A DNA stretch of 64,000 nucleotides. Origin: Eukaryota sp. TZLM1-RC (Eukaryota; Protista; Metamonada: BaSk clade). The stretch is taken from positions 128,337-192,336 of the forward strand of contig JAUPSS010000014.1 of the NCBI GenBank assembly GCA_040285825.1. The letters run 5' to 3'. The translations under genes and the position numbers were made by a program. Below are positions 36,055-47,636 of the stretch, piece after piece. The first letter of the stretch is position 1. The number at the start of each line of letters is the position of its first letter. The notes under the pieces were generated by a model that made no database searches, was not told the DNA's origin, and saw only the letters and a list, made by a program, of their open reading frames with translations.

Positions 36055-39000
36055 CTAAACACTGTGCTCTTCGTCTTCATCTTGTTTTGGTCTAACAAAC
36101 ACAACATAGATGCAAACAGCACAAGCCAAGAGCACAAACAACAACACTGCAACACTGACCAAAAATAGTGGTGAATTGACTGAAAAGAATGCACTGCCAT
36201 CAAAGGTAAAAGAAGCTGGCTGCCAATTGAAGCTTTCCTTTAACGAAAAGGACATTCCCTTTTTGGGCAACGACTCCTTCAAACTAATCGAAACCTCATC
36301 TCGGTCCAAGGTGCATTTCTTCAAAAGTTCGACTTCTTCAATCTCCACAATATCACTACAAGTAACTTCAATTGCTGTAGGAGTGAGAACACCATCAAAA
36401 AGCACCTTGATGAGCAAGGTATCCGAATAATAGGTTGCATCCACGACAGAGCTAACACTTTTGCAATAAGAATGCGGTATATGATCGGGACACTGGTCGA
36501 GGTTGTAGGTCTCGTGGTTTGCAGCAAAAGAGCTGGTACCTGAAGAATTGAATTTGACAATCAAGGGATATATTGACCAGAAATCCATGGAGTCCTGCAG
36601 CATTATAGAGTCAAAGTGAACCTCTTGACCTTTCCAGAGCCAGTATACATCCAATGAATCTCTTGAATCAAGATCACTTTGCAAATTAAGTTCAATAAGT
36701 GAATTGGAGTTGACTGGAAAGAAATAAACACAAGAGGCTAGATCACCCTGACTGTTTGAAACTTCAAAATCACCTTTAGTCTTGTCAATTACTGAATCAG
36801 TACAGACTGGGCTTGTACAATACTCCTTGTCTACATGTGGAGGACAATTGTCCCGATCAAAGTTGGAATATGAAACCTCAAAAGATAGTTCATTGTCACT
36901 TTGAGGGACTGAGATTACCAGCGGATGTAATGAGTACGCAAGATAATTAGAAACTGAGGTGATTCGGTCAAACAATAGATATTGGTCATCCCATCTCCAC
37001 AAAACATCAAGATGACCTACCTTCATGTTGATATCGGTAATGTTCAATTCAATTACGTGGTTGTCTAACAAGGGCAATACCCATGCACACTGCTCTACGC
37101 CAACTTTCACAGAGAAATTATACGTGAAATGATCACTGAGGTCCACATCTCCTCTACATGTAATTTCCTCTATTTCAGCAGGAATGTATTGATAGTCCAC
37201 TGAAAAGGAAGTTCCAGATGTGACTATTGAAGACACTTTGATTTCCTTAGTTGTCTCATGGGTACGGTTAGCAGAGGTATGAATGAGATCAATTTCTACA
37301 GGAGAATCATCACGTTCAACAATAGATATAAAATCATCGTTATTGACACTAATGGCCCTGATAGACAACAATAGTGAGTAATCCGGCACCGAAGGGAAAA
37401 GCCATTCAAAAGAGCAGCTGGTACTGTTGCCGGCAACACTCAAGGAGCCATTCAAATTATCAATAACATGTTGCTGTTGACAATTCAGATCCGTGTCTTC
37501 ATCAACCAAGTCCAATGAATAGCTCAATGTGAATGAGGAAAGGGGACTTGTGGAAACAAAAACAATAGACAATTGGTTGGCTGAGGTAACGGAGACATTA
37601 TCTTGGGTGACGTTGAAGGTTTGAAGAAAGAGTTCATCATCTGATTCCTCAATCACTTGAATAAGATCACCATCATGTAACACAATGTTGGTGAGATTGA
37701 GGGTTAATGAATCCTCTGGAGTAGGCAAGGTCCAATCACACAAATTGTGTCCATTAGACTTAATTGTGAACGAATCCTGAGATTTCTCCAAGACAATTCC
37801 TGGTTTACAAGTAGGCAATGGATCCTCTTCATCTTCTATATACCCACGACAATACTCAGAAGGAATATCAGGAGTACATTCATCTCTATGTACGTTGTGG
37901 TAACTCGCCTCAAAGGCAGAGTCATCAGATGCAGACACAAAGTGGAGGGATAGAGGGTGGAGTGAGTAAAACACCTCATGAGATGATGAACTGCTAATAC
38001 GTTGTAGAAGAAGGTAGTGATTGTCTCTCCATTTCCAATTAATGTCAACGTAGTCTCCCTCTTGAAGTTCAATGTCTGTAACATGAAGTTCAATAAGATG
38101 AGACTCTTCAAGAGGCATCTTCCAAGTGCAGTCAGCTACTCCAGCTGACTTAAAGGAGCCATCTGGCTCAGAGAGCTCTGTAAGAGCATCACACGTGGGC
38201 AATGGATCGTCTTCATCTTCTATATACCCACGGCAATACTCAGAAGGAATATCAGGAGTACATTCATCTCTATGTACGTTGTGGTAACTCGCCTCAAAGG
38301 CAGAGTCATCAGATGCAGACACAAAGTGGAGGGATAGAGGGTGGAGTGAGTAAAACACCTCATGAGATGATGAACTGCTAATACGTTGTAAAAGGAGGTA
38401 GTGATTGTCTCGCCATTTCCAATTAATGTCAACGTAGTCTCCCTCTTGAAGTTCAATGTCTGTAACATGAAGTTCAATAAGATGAGACTCTTCAAGAGGC
38501 ATCTTCCAAGTGCAGTCAGCTACTCCAGCTGACGCAAAGGAGCCATCTGGCTCAGAGAGCTCTGTAAGAGCATCACACGTGGGCAATGGATCCTCTTCAT
38601 CTTCTATATACCCACGACAATACTCAGAAGGAATTTCAGGAGTACATTCATCTCTATGTACGTTGTGGTAACTCGCCTCAAAGGCAGAGTCATCAGATGC
38701 AGACACAAAGTGGAGGGATAGAGGGTGGAGTGAGTAAAACACCTCATGAGATGATGAACTGCTAATACGTTGTAAAAGGAGGTAGTGATTGTCTCGCCAT
38801 TTCCAATTAATGTCAACGTAGTCTCCCTCTTGAAGTTCAATGTCTGTAACATGAAGTTCAATAAGATGAGACTCTTCAAGAGGCATCTTCCAAGTGCAGT
38901 CAGCTACTCCAGCTGACTTAAAGGAGCCATCTGGCTCAGAGAGCTCTGTAAGAGCATCACACGTGGGCAATGGATCGTCTTCATCTTCTATATACCCACG

Positions 39001-41181
39001 GCAATACTCAGAAGGAATATCAGGAGTACATTCATCTCTATGTACGTTGTGGTAACTCGCCTCAAAGGCAGAGTCATCAGATGCAGACACAAAGTGGAGG
39101 GATAGAGGGTGGAGTGAGTAAAACACCTCATGAGATGATGAACTGCTAATACGTTGTAAAAGGAGGTAGTGATTGTCTCTCCATTTCCAATTAATGTCAA
39201 CGTAGTCTCCCTCTTGAAGTTCAATGTCTGTAACATGAAGTTCAATAAGATGAGACTCTTCAAGAGGCATCTTCCAAGTGCAGTCAGCTACTCCAGCTGA
39301 CGTAAAGGAGCCATCTGGCTCAGAGAGCTCTGTAAGAGCATCACACGTGGGCAATGGATCGTCTTCATCTTCTATATACCCACGGCAATACTCAGAAGGA
39401 ATATCAGGAGTACATTCATCTCTATGTACGTTGTGGTAACTCGCCTCAAAGGCAGAGTCATCAGATGCAGACACAAAGTGAAGGGATAGAGGGTGGAGTG
39501 AGTAAAACACCTCATGAGATGATGAACTGCTAATACGTTGTAAAAGGAGGTAGTGATTGTCTCGCCATTTCCAATTAATGTCAACGTAGTCTCCCTCTTG
39601 AAGTTCAATGTCTGTAACATGAAGTTCAATAAGATGAGACTCTTCAAGAGGCATCTTCCAAGTGCAGTCAGCTACTCCAGCTGACGCAAAGGAGCCATCT
39701 GGCTCAGAGAGCTCTGTAAGAGCATCACACGTGGGCAATGGATCCTCTTCATCTTCTATATACCCACGACAATACTCAGAAGGAATTTCAGGAGTACATT
39801 CATCTCTATGTACGTTGTGGTAACTCGCCTCAAAGGCAGAGTCATCAGATGCAGACACAAAGTGGAGGGATAGAGGGTGGAGTGAGTAAAACACCTCATG
39901 AGATGATGAACTGCTAATACGTTGTAAAAGGAGGTAGTGATTGTCTCGCCATTTCCAATTAATGTCAACGTAGTCTCCCTCTTGAAGTTCAATGTCTGTA
40001 ACATGAAGTTCAATAAGATGAGACTCTTCAAGAGGCATCTTCCAAGTGCAGTCAGCTACTCCAGCTGACGCAAAGGAGCCATCTGGCTCAGAGAGCTCTG
40101 TAAGAGCATCACACGTGGGCAATGGATCCTCTTCATCTTCTATATACCCACGACAATACTCAGAAGGAATATCAGGAGTACATTCATCTCTATGTACGTT
40201 GTGGTAACTCGCCTCAAAGGCAGAGTCATCAGATGCAGACACAAAGTGGAGGGATAGAGGGTGGAGTGAGTAAAACACCTCATGAGATGATGAACTGCTA
40301 ATACGTTGTAAAAGGAGGTAGTGATTGTCTCGCCATTTCCAATTAATGTCAACGTAGTCTCCCTCTTGAAGTTCAATGTCTGTAACATGAAGTTCAATAA
40401 GATGAGACTCTTCAAGAGGCATCTTCCAAGTGCAGTCAGCTACTCCAGCTGACGCAAAGGAGCCATCTGGCTCAGAGAGCTCTGTAAGAGCATCACACGT
40501 GGGCAATGGATCCTCTTCATCTTCTATATACCCACGACAATACTCAGAAGGAATTTCAGGAGTACATTCATCTCTATGTACGTTGTGGTAACTCGCCTCA
40601 AAGGCAGAGTCATCAGATGCAGACACAAAGTGGAGGGATAGAGGGTGGAGTGAGTAAAACACCTCATGAGATGATGAACTGCTAATACGTTGTAGAAGAA
40701 GGTAGTGATTGTCTCGCCATTTCCAATTAATGTCAACGTAGTCTCCCTCTTGAAGTTCAATGTCTGTAACATGAAGTTCAATAAGATGAGACTCTTCAAG
40801 AGGCATCTTCCAAGTGCAGTCAGCTACTCCAGCTGACGTAAAGGAGCCATTTGGCTCAGAGAGTTCTGTAAGAGCATCACAGTTCGAAATGAAACCCTTT
40901 GACTCTACCAAATTGAAGCCAGAAAGCTTCTTGGAAAAACGCAAGTTATGCGTCTCTAACCATTCAAGGAAAGCAGGTTCTGCATAAACAAGGCTGTGTG
41001 TCCCTGAATACCCCCCAAGCTGGAAACTGTTTGGTGGAGGAGCTTCATCTATTTCAGAAACAAGTTTCCAGTCTATAAGAAGACTATGCTGAAAGCCAGC
41101 AACATAACCAAGAAGTAAAACAATGAATAAGTGATTCAAACGCATTGAGAAAAGATAAGAAAATGTCGAATGATTGAACAT
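36055..41181 (-). CDS. Large type-I membrane protein with tandem CUB-like domains
   Basis: Signal peptide (MRLNHLFIVLLLGYVAG), repeated C...G.F......C.W......I.L....I.L..GD....L.F.S...F...Y CUB-like pattern, C-terminal TM helix and short acidic tail. Confidence 0.85.
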   Translation of the reverse strand: MFNHSTFSYLFSMRLNHLFIVLLLGYVAGFQHSLLIDWKLVSEIDEAPPPNSFQLGGYSGTHSLVYAEPAFLEWLETHNLRFSKKLSGFNLVESKGFISNCDALTELSEPNGSFTSAGVADCTWKMPLEESHLIELHVTDIELQEGDYVDINWKWRDNHYLLLQRISSSSSHEVFYSLHPLSLHFVSASDDSAFEASYHNVHRDECTPEIPSEYCRGYIEDEEDPLPTCDALTELSEPDGSFASAGVADCTWKMPLEESHLIELHVTDIELQEGDYVDINWKWRDNHYLLLQRISSSSSHEVFYSLHPLSLHFVSASDDSAFEASYHNVHRDECTPDIPSEYCRGYIEDEEDPLPTCDALTELSEPDGSFASAGVADCTWKMPLEESHLIELHVTDIELQEGDYVDINWKWRDNHYLLLQRISSSSSHEVFYSLHPLSLHFVSASDDSAFEASYHNVHRDECTPEIPSEYCRGYIEDEEDPLPTCDALTELSEPDGSFASAGVADCTWKMPLEESHLIELHVTDIELQEGDYVDINWKWRDNHYLLLQRISSSSSHEVFYSLHPLSLHFVSASDDSAFEASYHNVHRDECTPDIPSEYCRGYIEDEDDPLPTCDALTELSEPDGSFTSAGVADCTWKMPLEESHLIELHVTDIELQEGDYVDINWKWRDNHYLLLQRISSSSSHEVFYSLHPLSLHFVSASDDSAFEASYHNVHRDECTPDIPSEYCRGYIEDEDDPLPTCDALTELSEPDGSFKSAGVADCTWKMPLEESHLIELHVTDIELQEGDYVDINWKWRDNHYLLLQRISSSSSHEVFYSLHPLSLHFVSASDDSAFEASYHNVHRDECTPEIPSEYCRGYIEDEEDPLPTCDALTELSEPDGSFASAGVADCTWKMPLEESHLIELHVTDIELQEGDYVDINWKWRDNHYLLLQRISSSSSHEVFYSLHPLSLHFVSASDDSAFEASYHNVHRDECTPDIPSEYCRGYIEDEDDPLPTCDALTELSEPDGSFKSAGVADCTWKMPLEESHLIELHVTDIELQEGDYVDINWKWRDNHYLLLQRISSSSSHEVFYSLHPLSLHFVSASDDSAFEASYHNVHRDECTPDIPSEYCRGYIEDEEDPLPTCKPGIVLEKSQDSFTIKSNGHNLCDWTLPTPEDSLTLNLTNIVLHDGDLIQVIEESDDELFLQTFNVTQDNVSVTSANQLSIVFVSTSPLSSFTLSYSLDLVDEDTDLNCQQQHVIDNLNGSLSVAGNSTSCSFEWLFPSVPDYSLLLSIRAISVNNDDFISIVERDDSPVEIDLIHTSANRTHETTKEIKVSSIVTSGTSFSVDYQYIPAEIEEITCRGDVDLSDHFTYNFSVKVGVEQCAWVLPLLDNHVIELNITDINMKVGHLDVLWRWDDQYLLFDRITSVSNYLAYSLHPLVISVPQSDNELSFEVSYSNFDRDNCPPHVDKEYCTSPVCTDSVIDKTKGDFEVSNSQGDLASCVYFFPVNSNSLIELNLQSDLDSRDSLDVYWLWKGQEVHFDSIMLQDSMDFWSIYPLIVKFNSSGTSSFAANHETYNLDQCPDHIPHSYCKSVSSVVDATYYSDTLLIKVLFDGVLTPTAIEVTCSDIVEIEEVELLKKCTLDRDEVSISLKESLPKKGMSFSLKESFNWQPASFTFDGSAFFSVNSPLFLVSVAVLLFVLLACAVCIYVVFVRPKQDEDEEHSV
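37811..40882 (-). repeat. Eight near-identical 384-bp (128-aa) coding tandem repeats
   Basis: Alternative-frame ORFs recur exactly every 384 bp (37836 to 40524); only a few variable positions per unit. Confidence 0.95.
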
Positions 41182-41808
41182 TTCTGACCTTTATCTTGAA
41201 GCTGTCTTTATCAAACCTAACTGATTTTTCATTATCTCTAAGCTGAAATTCTCTTCAACAGGCTTTCCCACTAGTTGGGAGTTTGTGAGCTAACAATCAC
41301 TATGGATTCAATAAATACTTAAAAGGACTCAAAACCACAATTCTGAAAGCAATTTTTAACATTAAATACCATAAAAATAATTAGAGCAAGTAGTGAATTA
41401 TACTTAATGGTTGATTAATCAACCAAGCTGAAAAGTAGTATTATGTTTATAGATCTTATGTTTCTGATAATATCAATAAGGATGATACACAAATTCAGAA
41501 ACCAAAGCAAAATTGGAAGTCGAATAAGGATCGCTAATACTAAACCACGCCCTAGTCTCGGCCTGCTGCACTGCTTAGAGAGTGAATGTCTATTGCGATA
41601 GGGACGCAAATAGTGCTCTGAACATATACAGAATTATGTCAATTGTAGAACAACAGTTCTGTAACCGTTATCAAGTGTAGAAATGATTGGTTAAGGTTTA
41701 ATAAAGTTTACCAGCACGGATAGAAACGAGAATTCTTTGAATGTCACATTGTGCATTAAGGATAAATCAATTAATTAAAGTCAAAATTACAAATACAAGT
41801 ATTTACAT

Positions 41809-42939
41809 TTATTTTTCACAGCACAAGACTAGGTTGAATTCACAGTCTCCGGCAACAATTTCAAGGCTATCTTCAACAGAAACAAATGCATTACCAACGG
41901 AAACCTCCTGATTGTTAACCTTTCCTGATCCGGAAAGAGCAAGCAATATGGTGACGTTACCCTTGATTGTAACATTCTCTGTTTGATTGGCTAGAAGGTC
42001 TACTAATACAACTTGACAAAAACTAAAATCAAAAGGCGGTTCAAACAACGTGATTCCCCTTGACTTTTGTTGACCACAGCTCAGCACGGGGTCACTGGGA
42101 TTATTATTACAAAGAACGATGGATAATGCCTCTTTATCTATAAACTTTGGCGTTAACCCTGCTCTAATGACATTGTCAGATGGAGTCATCACCTCTATAC
42201 ACGTTCCATGGAGATATGCATGAATGGACTCTGGGGGAAGGAAGAGCGACTGGCGGGGTGGAAGAGTCCATATTGAGAGGAAAAAGGGAGAAAAGATGGT
42301 GGCATCAGAAGGATATTGTTGGTAGAGAGAAGTGAAAGTAGAGAAGGCTAGGGTAAATGAAGAATCCTTTGGCTCGGTGTTTGGCTCGGTGTTTCCATTA
42401 GTCAAGGTTTCCTTCACACAGTAGGAGATCTGATGGGGGGTTAGAGTGAGCAGTGAGATGTAGGCCTCACTGGTGCTGGTGGCATCTTTGAGCACGAGGG
42501 AAGAAAGCCATGGTAAGGAGGAAAGAAGGGTTTGGACTTCTGAGAAGGGACGAAACCCAGCCATACAGGTAAAGTCAGTTATTGTGACTATCATTTCCGG
42601 CTTGTCGTTAGGATCTGGATAAAGAGAGGGGTAGCGGAGATGAAGAGAGGCAGCTAGTTCACGTTTAGGGTGGATTTGAATTGATAATGGAAGGTCAACG
42701 TCGAGAATTTTGAAGAGAAAGGACAGATCTCGGCCCAAGTAAGACTTGAGGGGTAACGGTTCCTCGTTCTTAGAACAAACAAGGTGAGATGGTCCATTGA
42801 GATGAGTACCTATCCATAGCTCTGAATAGTGGACAGAGGGGTAGATTGTAGTCGATGATTCAGCTAGTCTGGCCACAAGAGACTTCAAACCACAAGGACC
42901 CCATAGATACTCTTTAAGGGCGTAACTCAGTGGTTTCAT
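41809..42939 (-). CDS. MPI: Mannose-6-phosphate isomerase, type I
   Basis: Y.WG, SELWIGTH, FLFKILDV..PLSIQIHP, YPDPN.KPEM, HAYLHG.CIEVM..SDNVIRAGLTPK. Confidence 0.93.
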   Translation of the reverse strand: MKPLSYALKEYLWGPCGLKSLVARLAESSTTIYPSVHYSELWIGTHLNGPSHLVCSKNEEPLPLKSYLGRDLSFLFKILDVDLPLSIQIHPKRELAASLHLRYPSLYPDPNDKPEMIVTITDFTCMAGFRPFSEVQTLLSSLPWLSSLVLKDATSTSEAYISLLTLTPHQISYCVKETLTNGNTEPNTEPKDSSFTLAFSTFTSLYQQYPSDATIFSPFFLSIWTLPPRQSLFLPPESIHAYLHGTCIEVMTPSDNVIRAGLTPKFIDKEALSIVLCNNNPSDPVLSCGQQKSRGITLFEPPFDFSFCQVVLVDLLANQTENVTIKGNVTILLALSGSGKVNNQEVSVGNAFVSVEDSLEIVAGDCEFNLVLCCEK

Positions 42940-43064
42940 ATCAATGATTGCATAATATAAAGAGAGGTGAAAAATATTGATACTGTTTGTGAGAACTGTA
43001 AAGAGGTCAAGAGAGGTCAACCAAATAAAAAACTAGTGTTATAACTTTTAGAGATAAACCAATA

Positions 43065-44690
43065 TCTATTGATTGAACTTGCACACTTAATAAAATTAAT
43101 TCATAACTAATGGGACGAAATTCATTGAACCAAAATTTCCTCTACAAAATCTTGATCTGCTTGCTGTCTAGCTAAAGCTTCTCTAATTCGATTGAAAAAC
43201 CGAGGTAATCTATTTATAATGGCAAATTGAATCCGAGAGCGCCATAAAAAAATATCAAATCTTTTCATTGTTTTTTCTTCAACCAATTTTTGGAAATTAT
43301 TCAAAAAAGTTCTGGTTCTGCTGATAGTCTTTCGTTTATCGAAAATGGAGCAGCAATAGAAACCAGTGGTGTATTTCTATCAGCGTTAGCTTTTTCGATC
43401 TTTTTGTGATATTTTCTATGTTTTTCTTTAGCTTTAAATTCAAGAGCATCTACAGGATTAGGTTTCCTTCTTTGAACTAAAGTGTCATTTGCAACATTAG
43501 ATGAGACAAAGTCAACAACAGCTTCAGAGTTATCAATCCAATCACCGTAAACATCACCTCTATCATCAGAACCAAAATTATTCAATGACAGTGTTTCTTT
43601 CAGCAGAGGTTCTTTGATACACGAAATTCTTGCAGTTTGTGACATATTAAAAACAGTGTCTCTAACAGCATCATGTAATGAAGAACAATAAGTTATCAAT
43701 TTCGAACAATTCAGAGCATGTCGCAAAGTGAGCTGAAGTGAATTCATACAAATACATTTTTCTTTTGATAATAATTGATTAATGGGGATCAATCCGTTCG
43801 TGATGTGACATATGAGATGTTTAGGTGTTACAATTTTAGTTGCAAAGTAGAACCGTTGTTGAAGCATTATCGTGATAATAATCTGTTTAATTCACGTCGA
43901 GGTGATTTTGTGGATTCCTCTCAAGTTGTTGTTGATTTTACTACAGTTGATCCCTTTGCTTTTATTTATCGTGATGATGTTTTACTTAGTACTAATGGTC
44001 ATTTCAACAAGGCTGAAGATCGTAAAAGAGATAAATATACTGAAATATTAAATGATTTAAATAAGAATCTTTACTCGAAGTTTTCGTTTGTTCCTTTTGC
44101 CTTTTCGTTTTTTGGCAACATTGGACAGTCCGCCTTGAATTTTATCAATGATTTTGGTAATTTATGTCGTTCAAGTGGTAAGAATTTTGCAGGGAATTTA
44201 TGGAAGAATCGTATCATTTTCGCCTTGTACAGAAGTGTTCCCAAGTACTTGAGTTTAATGATGTCCAAGCTGTATAAGGATTCATCAAGATTTGGCGTGG
44301 AAAATTTTGTTTCTTATGTGTTTTAGTTTGTTTTGTTATGTTATGTTACTTTTTTTTAATTAATGGGGATATTCCATTATAATCTCATTTTTGTTACAAA
44401 TGCTTCATTAGTGGCACACAATCCAAATCTTCGTGGTACAATGGTTACAAACAGTGAAGAATCTGACGACTTAATTTCACAAACACCCTTTTCCAATAAC
44501 AATGAGTGAAGATCTTGATTTAAAACAGCCGAGTTGCATATATTATTATAAAGATCATTTTCATACATTCCAGTCAATCGTTTCTGTAATGTTCGAAGAG
44601 TGTATTTTAAATTTAAAAAATTCTTTTCTGGAATATTGCCATTGAATGATTGGGGAACGCATCGACTCCATTTTTCTACATCAATTTTTT
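43065..44690 (-). mobile_element. 5'-truncated CRE family A copy, interrupted
   Basis: Colinear with 8540-9575, split at 43790-44358 by another element. Confidence 0.88.
43790..44358 (+). mobile_element. 5'-truncated CRE-type element (third family) nested in antisense
   Basis: RLE motifs (EPLL, RRGD, VDFTTVDP, KRDKY, PFAFSFFG); 12-bp TSD ATTAATGGGGAT at 43778-43789 and 44359-44370. Confidence 0.88.
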
Positions 44691-44746
44691 AAAGATTCAT
44701 TTCAATGTGTTTCAATTTTGTAAATTGAATGAATTTATTAAACAAC

Positions 44747-44829
44747 TTATAAATCTACATCTCAATAATCCATCTCTTCCAAAACAAAACAACTAGATGC
44801 AACTCTTTCATAGTGAAATTCAAGAGAAA
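44747..44829 (-). mobile_element. Very short CRE family B 3' scrap
   Basis: Similar to 31540-31622. Confidence 0.6.
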
Positions 44830-45067
44830 CGGTTCTATCAATGCTTATTTGTTTTGCTCACCAAACCGTGACATAGTTTGCTTCAATAGCCACAGCACCT
44901 TGTTTAACATATTGTATAACATCACTACGTTAATCAAAACTTATTTGGATCATTAAACAGGACGTGAATTTTCCCTTACATCAATTCACACTTTGTTTGA
45001 ATATTATCCAGCCCACCCAACCATATCAACTGGTTTCCAGGATTTGACATTACTTTACTGATAATCA

Positions 45068-45860
45068 ATGTCTGAATTTGAACAAACTTATGTTCATGAA
45101 ATATATGATGAGATCTCTCTCCATTTCTCTGCAACTCGATTCAGCATATGGCCTCTAGTCAAACGATTTATTGAACCCCTCCCCTCTCACTCTCTTGTAT
45201 CAGACATAGGTTGTGGTAATGGTAAAAACCTAATAGCAAGTGCCTTACAAAATCACATTGCATTCGGTTGTGATATCTCCATAGAACTTTGCCGACTAGC
45301 ACTAACTTCCATACAAAACAGACAGCTTGTAGTAGATGTTTTTCATGCAGATGGATTAATTACTCCTTTTAAATCAAATATATTTGTTTGTCCTGTTACT
45401 CTTTTTCTTATCTCAGGATGCCACTCTCTCCATTGCGGTTATTCATCACTTTTCGACACTTGATAGACGTACTGCAGCCCTTCAAGAACTTCACAGGATA
45501 ACCAAGCCAAAAGGTAAAGTTTTAGTTTCAGTATGGGCTTATGGACAACCCAAAATGAGCAAATGGAAACCAATCAAATTTGATGACAATCAACCCAGCC
45601 ATGATGACGTAACCTCTGAAGAAACTCAAGACTTCATCGTGCCCTGGCATTTAAGGAAGGATCTGACCCATAAAGAAAGCAGGGAGAAGGGAGCAAAGTC
45701 ATTAGGGAGAGATGATAGAGGAGATGTTATTCATGGACGGTATTATTACTTGTTCAAGCAGGGAGAATTGGATGAACTATTTGAAAAAGTTGGGTTTAGC
45801 ATAGTGGAAAGCTATTTTGAATGTGATAATTACGTCGTAATTGGTGAAAAATCGGAGTAA
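45068..45860 (+). CDS. TRM9: Trm9/ALKBH8-type tRNA methyltransferase; exons 45068-45385 and 45417-45860
   Basis: EQTYVHEIYDEI..HFS.TR..WP, DIGCGNGK, SIAVIHH, VPW and RYYYLF..GEL. Removing the GT..AG intron 45386-45416 restores SNIF-DATLSIAVIHH. Confidence 0.9.
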
Positions 45861-45911
45861 CTATTATTTAATTAAAACAATTCAAATTCTATTTCTTTTT
45901 TAGAGCTTTAC

Positions 45912-46661
45912 TTACATGTTGAATAACAAAACTATAATAACAACCATTAATAAACAAATACAACACAACCTTCCTCTTTCTTTATGCTTTACAAGCTTAC
46001 TCAACTGTTTGTTGGTCTTATCCAGAAGAAGCCTTGTTCTTGACATATTCTCATCAAGATCATCTAGCATATAAGCCTGATCATCAAGTTCGTATTGAAT
46101 CTCTCTTCCCATGTCATGTAGTGTCCTAACAGATGTTCCTAATTGTTGTAGAGTGGAGTCTTCCTGTTGTTTAATGGTTGATTGTCGTTGTTTCTCCATA
46201 TTAGTTATAAATTCATCATTTTCACGTTCATCCTCATGCTTGAGCCATTCAGAACCCGTCCTTACTGCTTCCTGCCGTTGTCGACGGTCAGATTCAAGCT
46301 TCTTGGCTTCGGCTCGTTGTTCTTCCAAGTATTTGTCTAGTCTGTCTTTGGCTGTGGATAACTGATGTTCTAGTCGTTCAATTTGGTTATTAACAGATAC
46401 TACAAAAGACTTGCGTTCACTTAATATATCATGAGTAATTGAAGGAAAGCGGGACAAGTCAGCAGAGACGATGTCGTTTGTCTGTTGAAGCACTTCTACA
46501 TCTTCTTGACACGACTCTATTATTGAACGCAGACGTTTAAGTGGTGGAGAAAGATCTGACGTTGGTGTAACAGAAAGGGTTTCAGAAAGGGAATGTGCAG
46601 ATTCAATAGCACTTTGTACTTCTTCTTTAACAAGGTCAAAAGGGTCTGTTTTAGAGTCCAT
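45912..46661 (-). CDS. STX6: Syntaxin-6/Tlg1-like Qc-SNARE
   Basis: DPFDLVKEEVQ N-terminus, SNARE motif (L..MG.EI..ELDDQ..MLDDLD), C-terminal TM anchor. Confidence 0.88.
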   Translation of the reverse strand: MDSKTDPFDLVKEEVQSAIESAHSLSETLSVTPTSDLSPPLKRLRSIIESCQEDVEVLQQTNDIVSADLSRFPSITHDILSERKSFVVSVNNQIERLEHQLSTAKDRLDKYLEEQRAEAKKLESDRRQRQEAVRTGSEWLKHEDERENDEFITNMEKQRQSTIKQQEDSTLQQLGTSVRTLHDMGREIQYELDDQAYMLDDLDENMSRTRLLLDKTNKQLSKLVKHKERGRLCCICLLMVVIIVLLFNM

Positions 46662-46673
46662 TATAAGAAATAT

Positions 46674-47230
46674 TGTTTACAATAATGGAATAAGTGACCT
46701 CTAAAAAAGGATTGGGTTTTATGGAGGTAGATTTTTCTTTCCTTGGCACTCTGTAGATATAACGTTTTATCTCCATAATTTGAATGTTCCAACTCATTTA
46801 TTGAAACATTTTTATGACTCTGAGGTCCTGAGGGGTTCAGAATTTCTGCTATTGACTGCATTCATCATGAGTCCTTGACCCGTATATTTAAGCGCGGTTC
46901 GTGCCCCTTTTTTTAGTTTTCATTAAAAACTTTGTGCTACTCTCAATCAAGACGTTCCCAAGAGAACCATGAAAATTTCTCGCAAGGAAGATTTCAAAAA
47001 AATAGATTATCACAGTATCAAGACCTCCATCAATTTTCAGGCTGGTTGTTTCTTGAGATACGCTGCCACTATTTTGGTTTTGGAGTATTCAAACAGATAA
47101 AGTTTTTTCAATAATAATTGTTCGCTTGGAATATTTGAAAACTATTTCAATTCTGTGATGAAAGTTTCATTATAGGCTAACAATCAACTGAATTTTGGAA
47201 AGTTTGTTTACAGTCATTCTGGCACAAATT
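46674..47230 (-). pseudogene. Decayed Fanzor 3' relic with right-end motif
   Basis: Terminal motif similar to 49327 and 60203; remnants GLM-CSQ*QKF* and NVSIN...GDKTLYLQ parallel HGL.C..C...W and N.S.N...RP.YL. Confidence 0.5.
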
Positions 47231-47636
47231 AGGGAGTAATTGCCATTATGAAAATTCATTGTAGATTTCAACACAAAATGATCGTTAATTGATTTTGACA
47301 ATTAATATAAGGTGATTAGATGATTGGGTGATTGTTCTGACATTGTCTACATCATATTAAAAAACCACACAGTTTATCTCTATCACATTTTACAACTTGT
47401 TCTCACCAAAACAATGTAGATTCGAAAAAAAATTCAAGATCTTTTCGGTCACTTTCGTCTTTCTTATAAAACAAGCCAAGAAAGACATGAAGTTGTCCAT
47501 TGCAAGAGCCACATGTGCGCATTTTGAAGTAGGTTTATTTACAAGGGACTGATAACAAGATCAACAGCTATGAGGCCAAAAGATAACCCTGCAATTAGAT
47601 ATTCATTAAAAAAAGATTCAGTAATGTCGAATCAAC

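Noticed and set aside
37836-40799. Eight repeated 91-aa ORFs
   Set aside because: Alternative-frame shadows of the CUB repeats.
37811-40882. Regular repeat array as a CRISPR or guide array
   Set aside because: Units are contiguous 384-bp in-frame coding repeats with no unique spacers.
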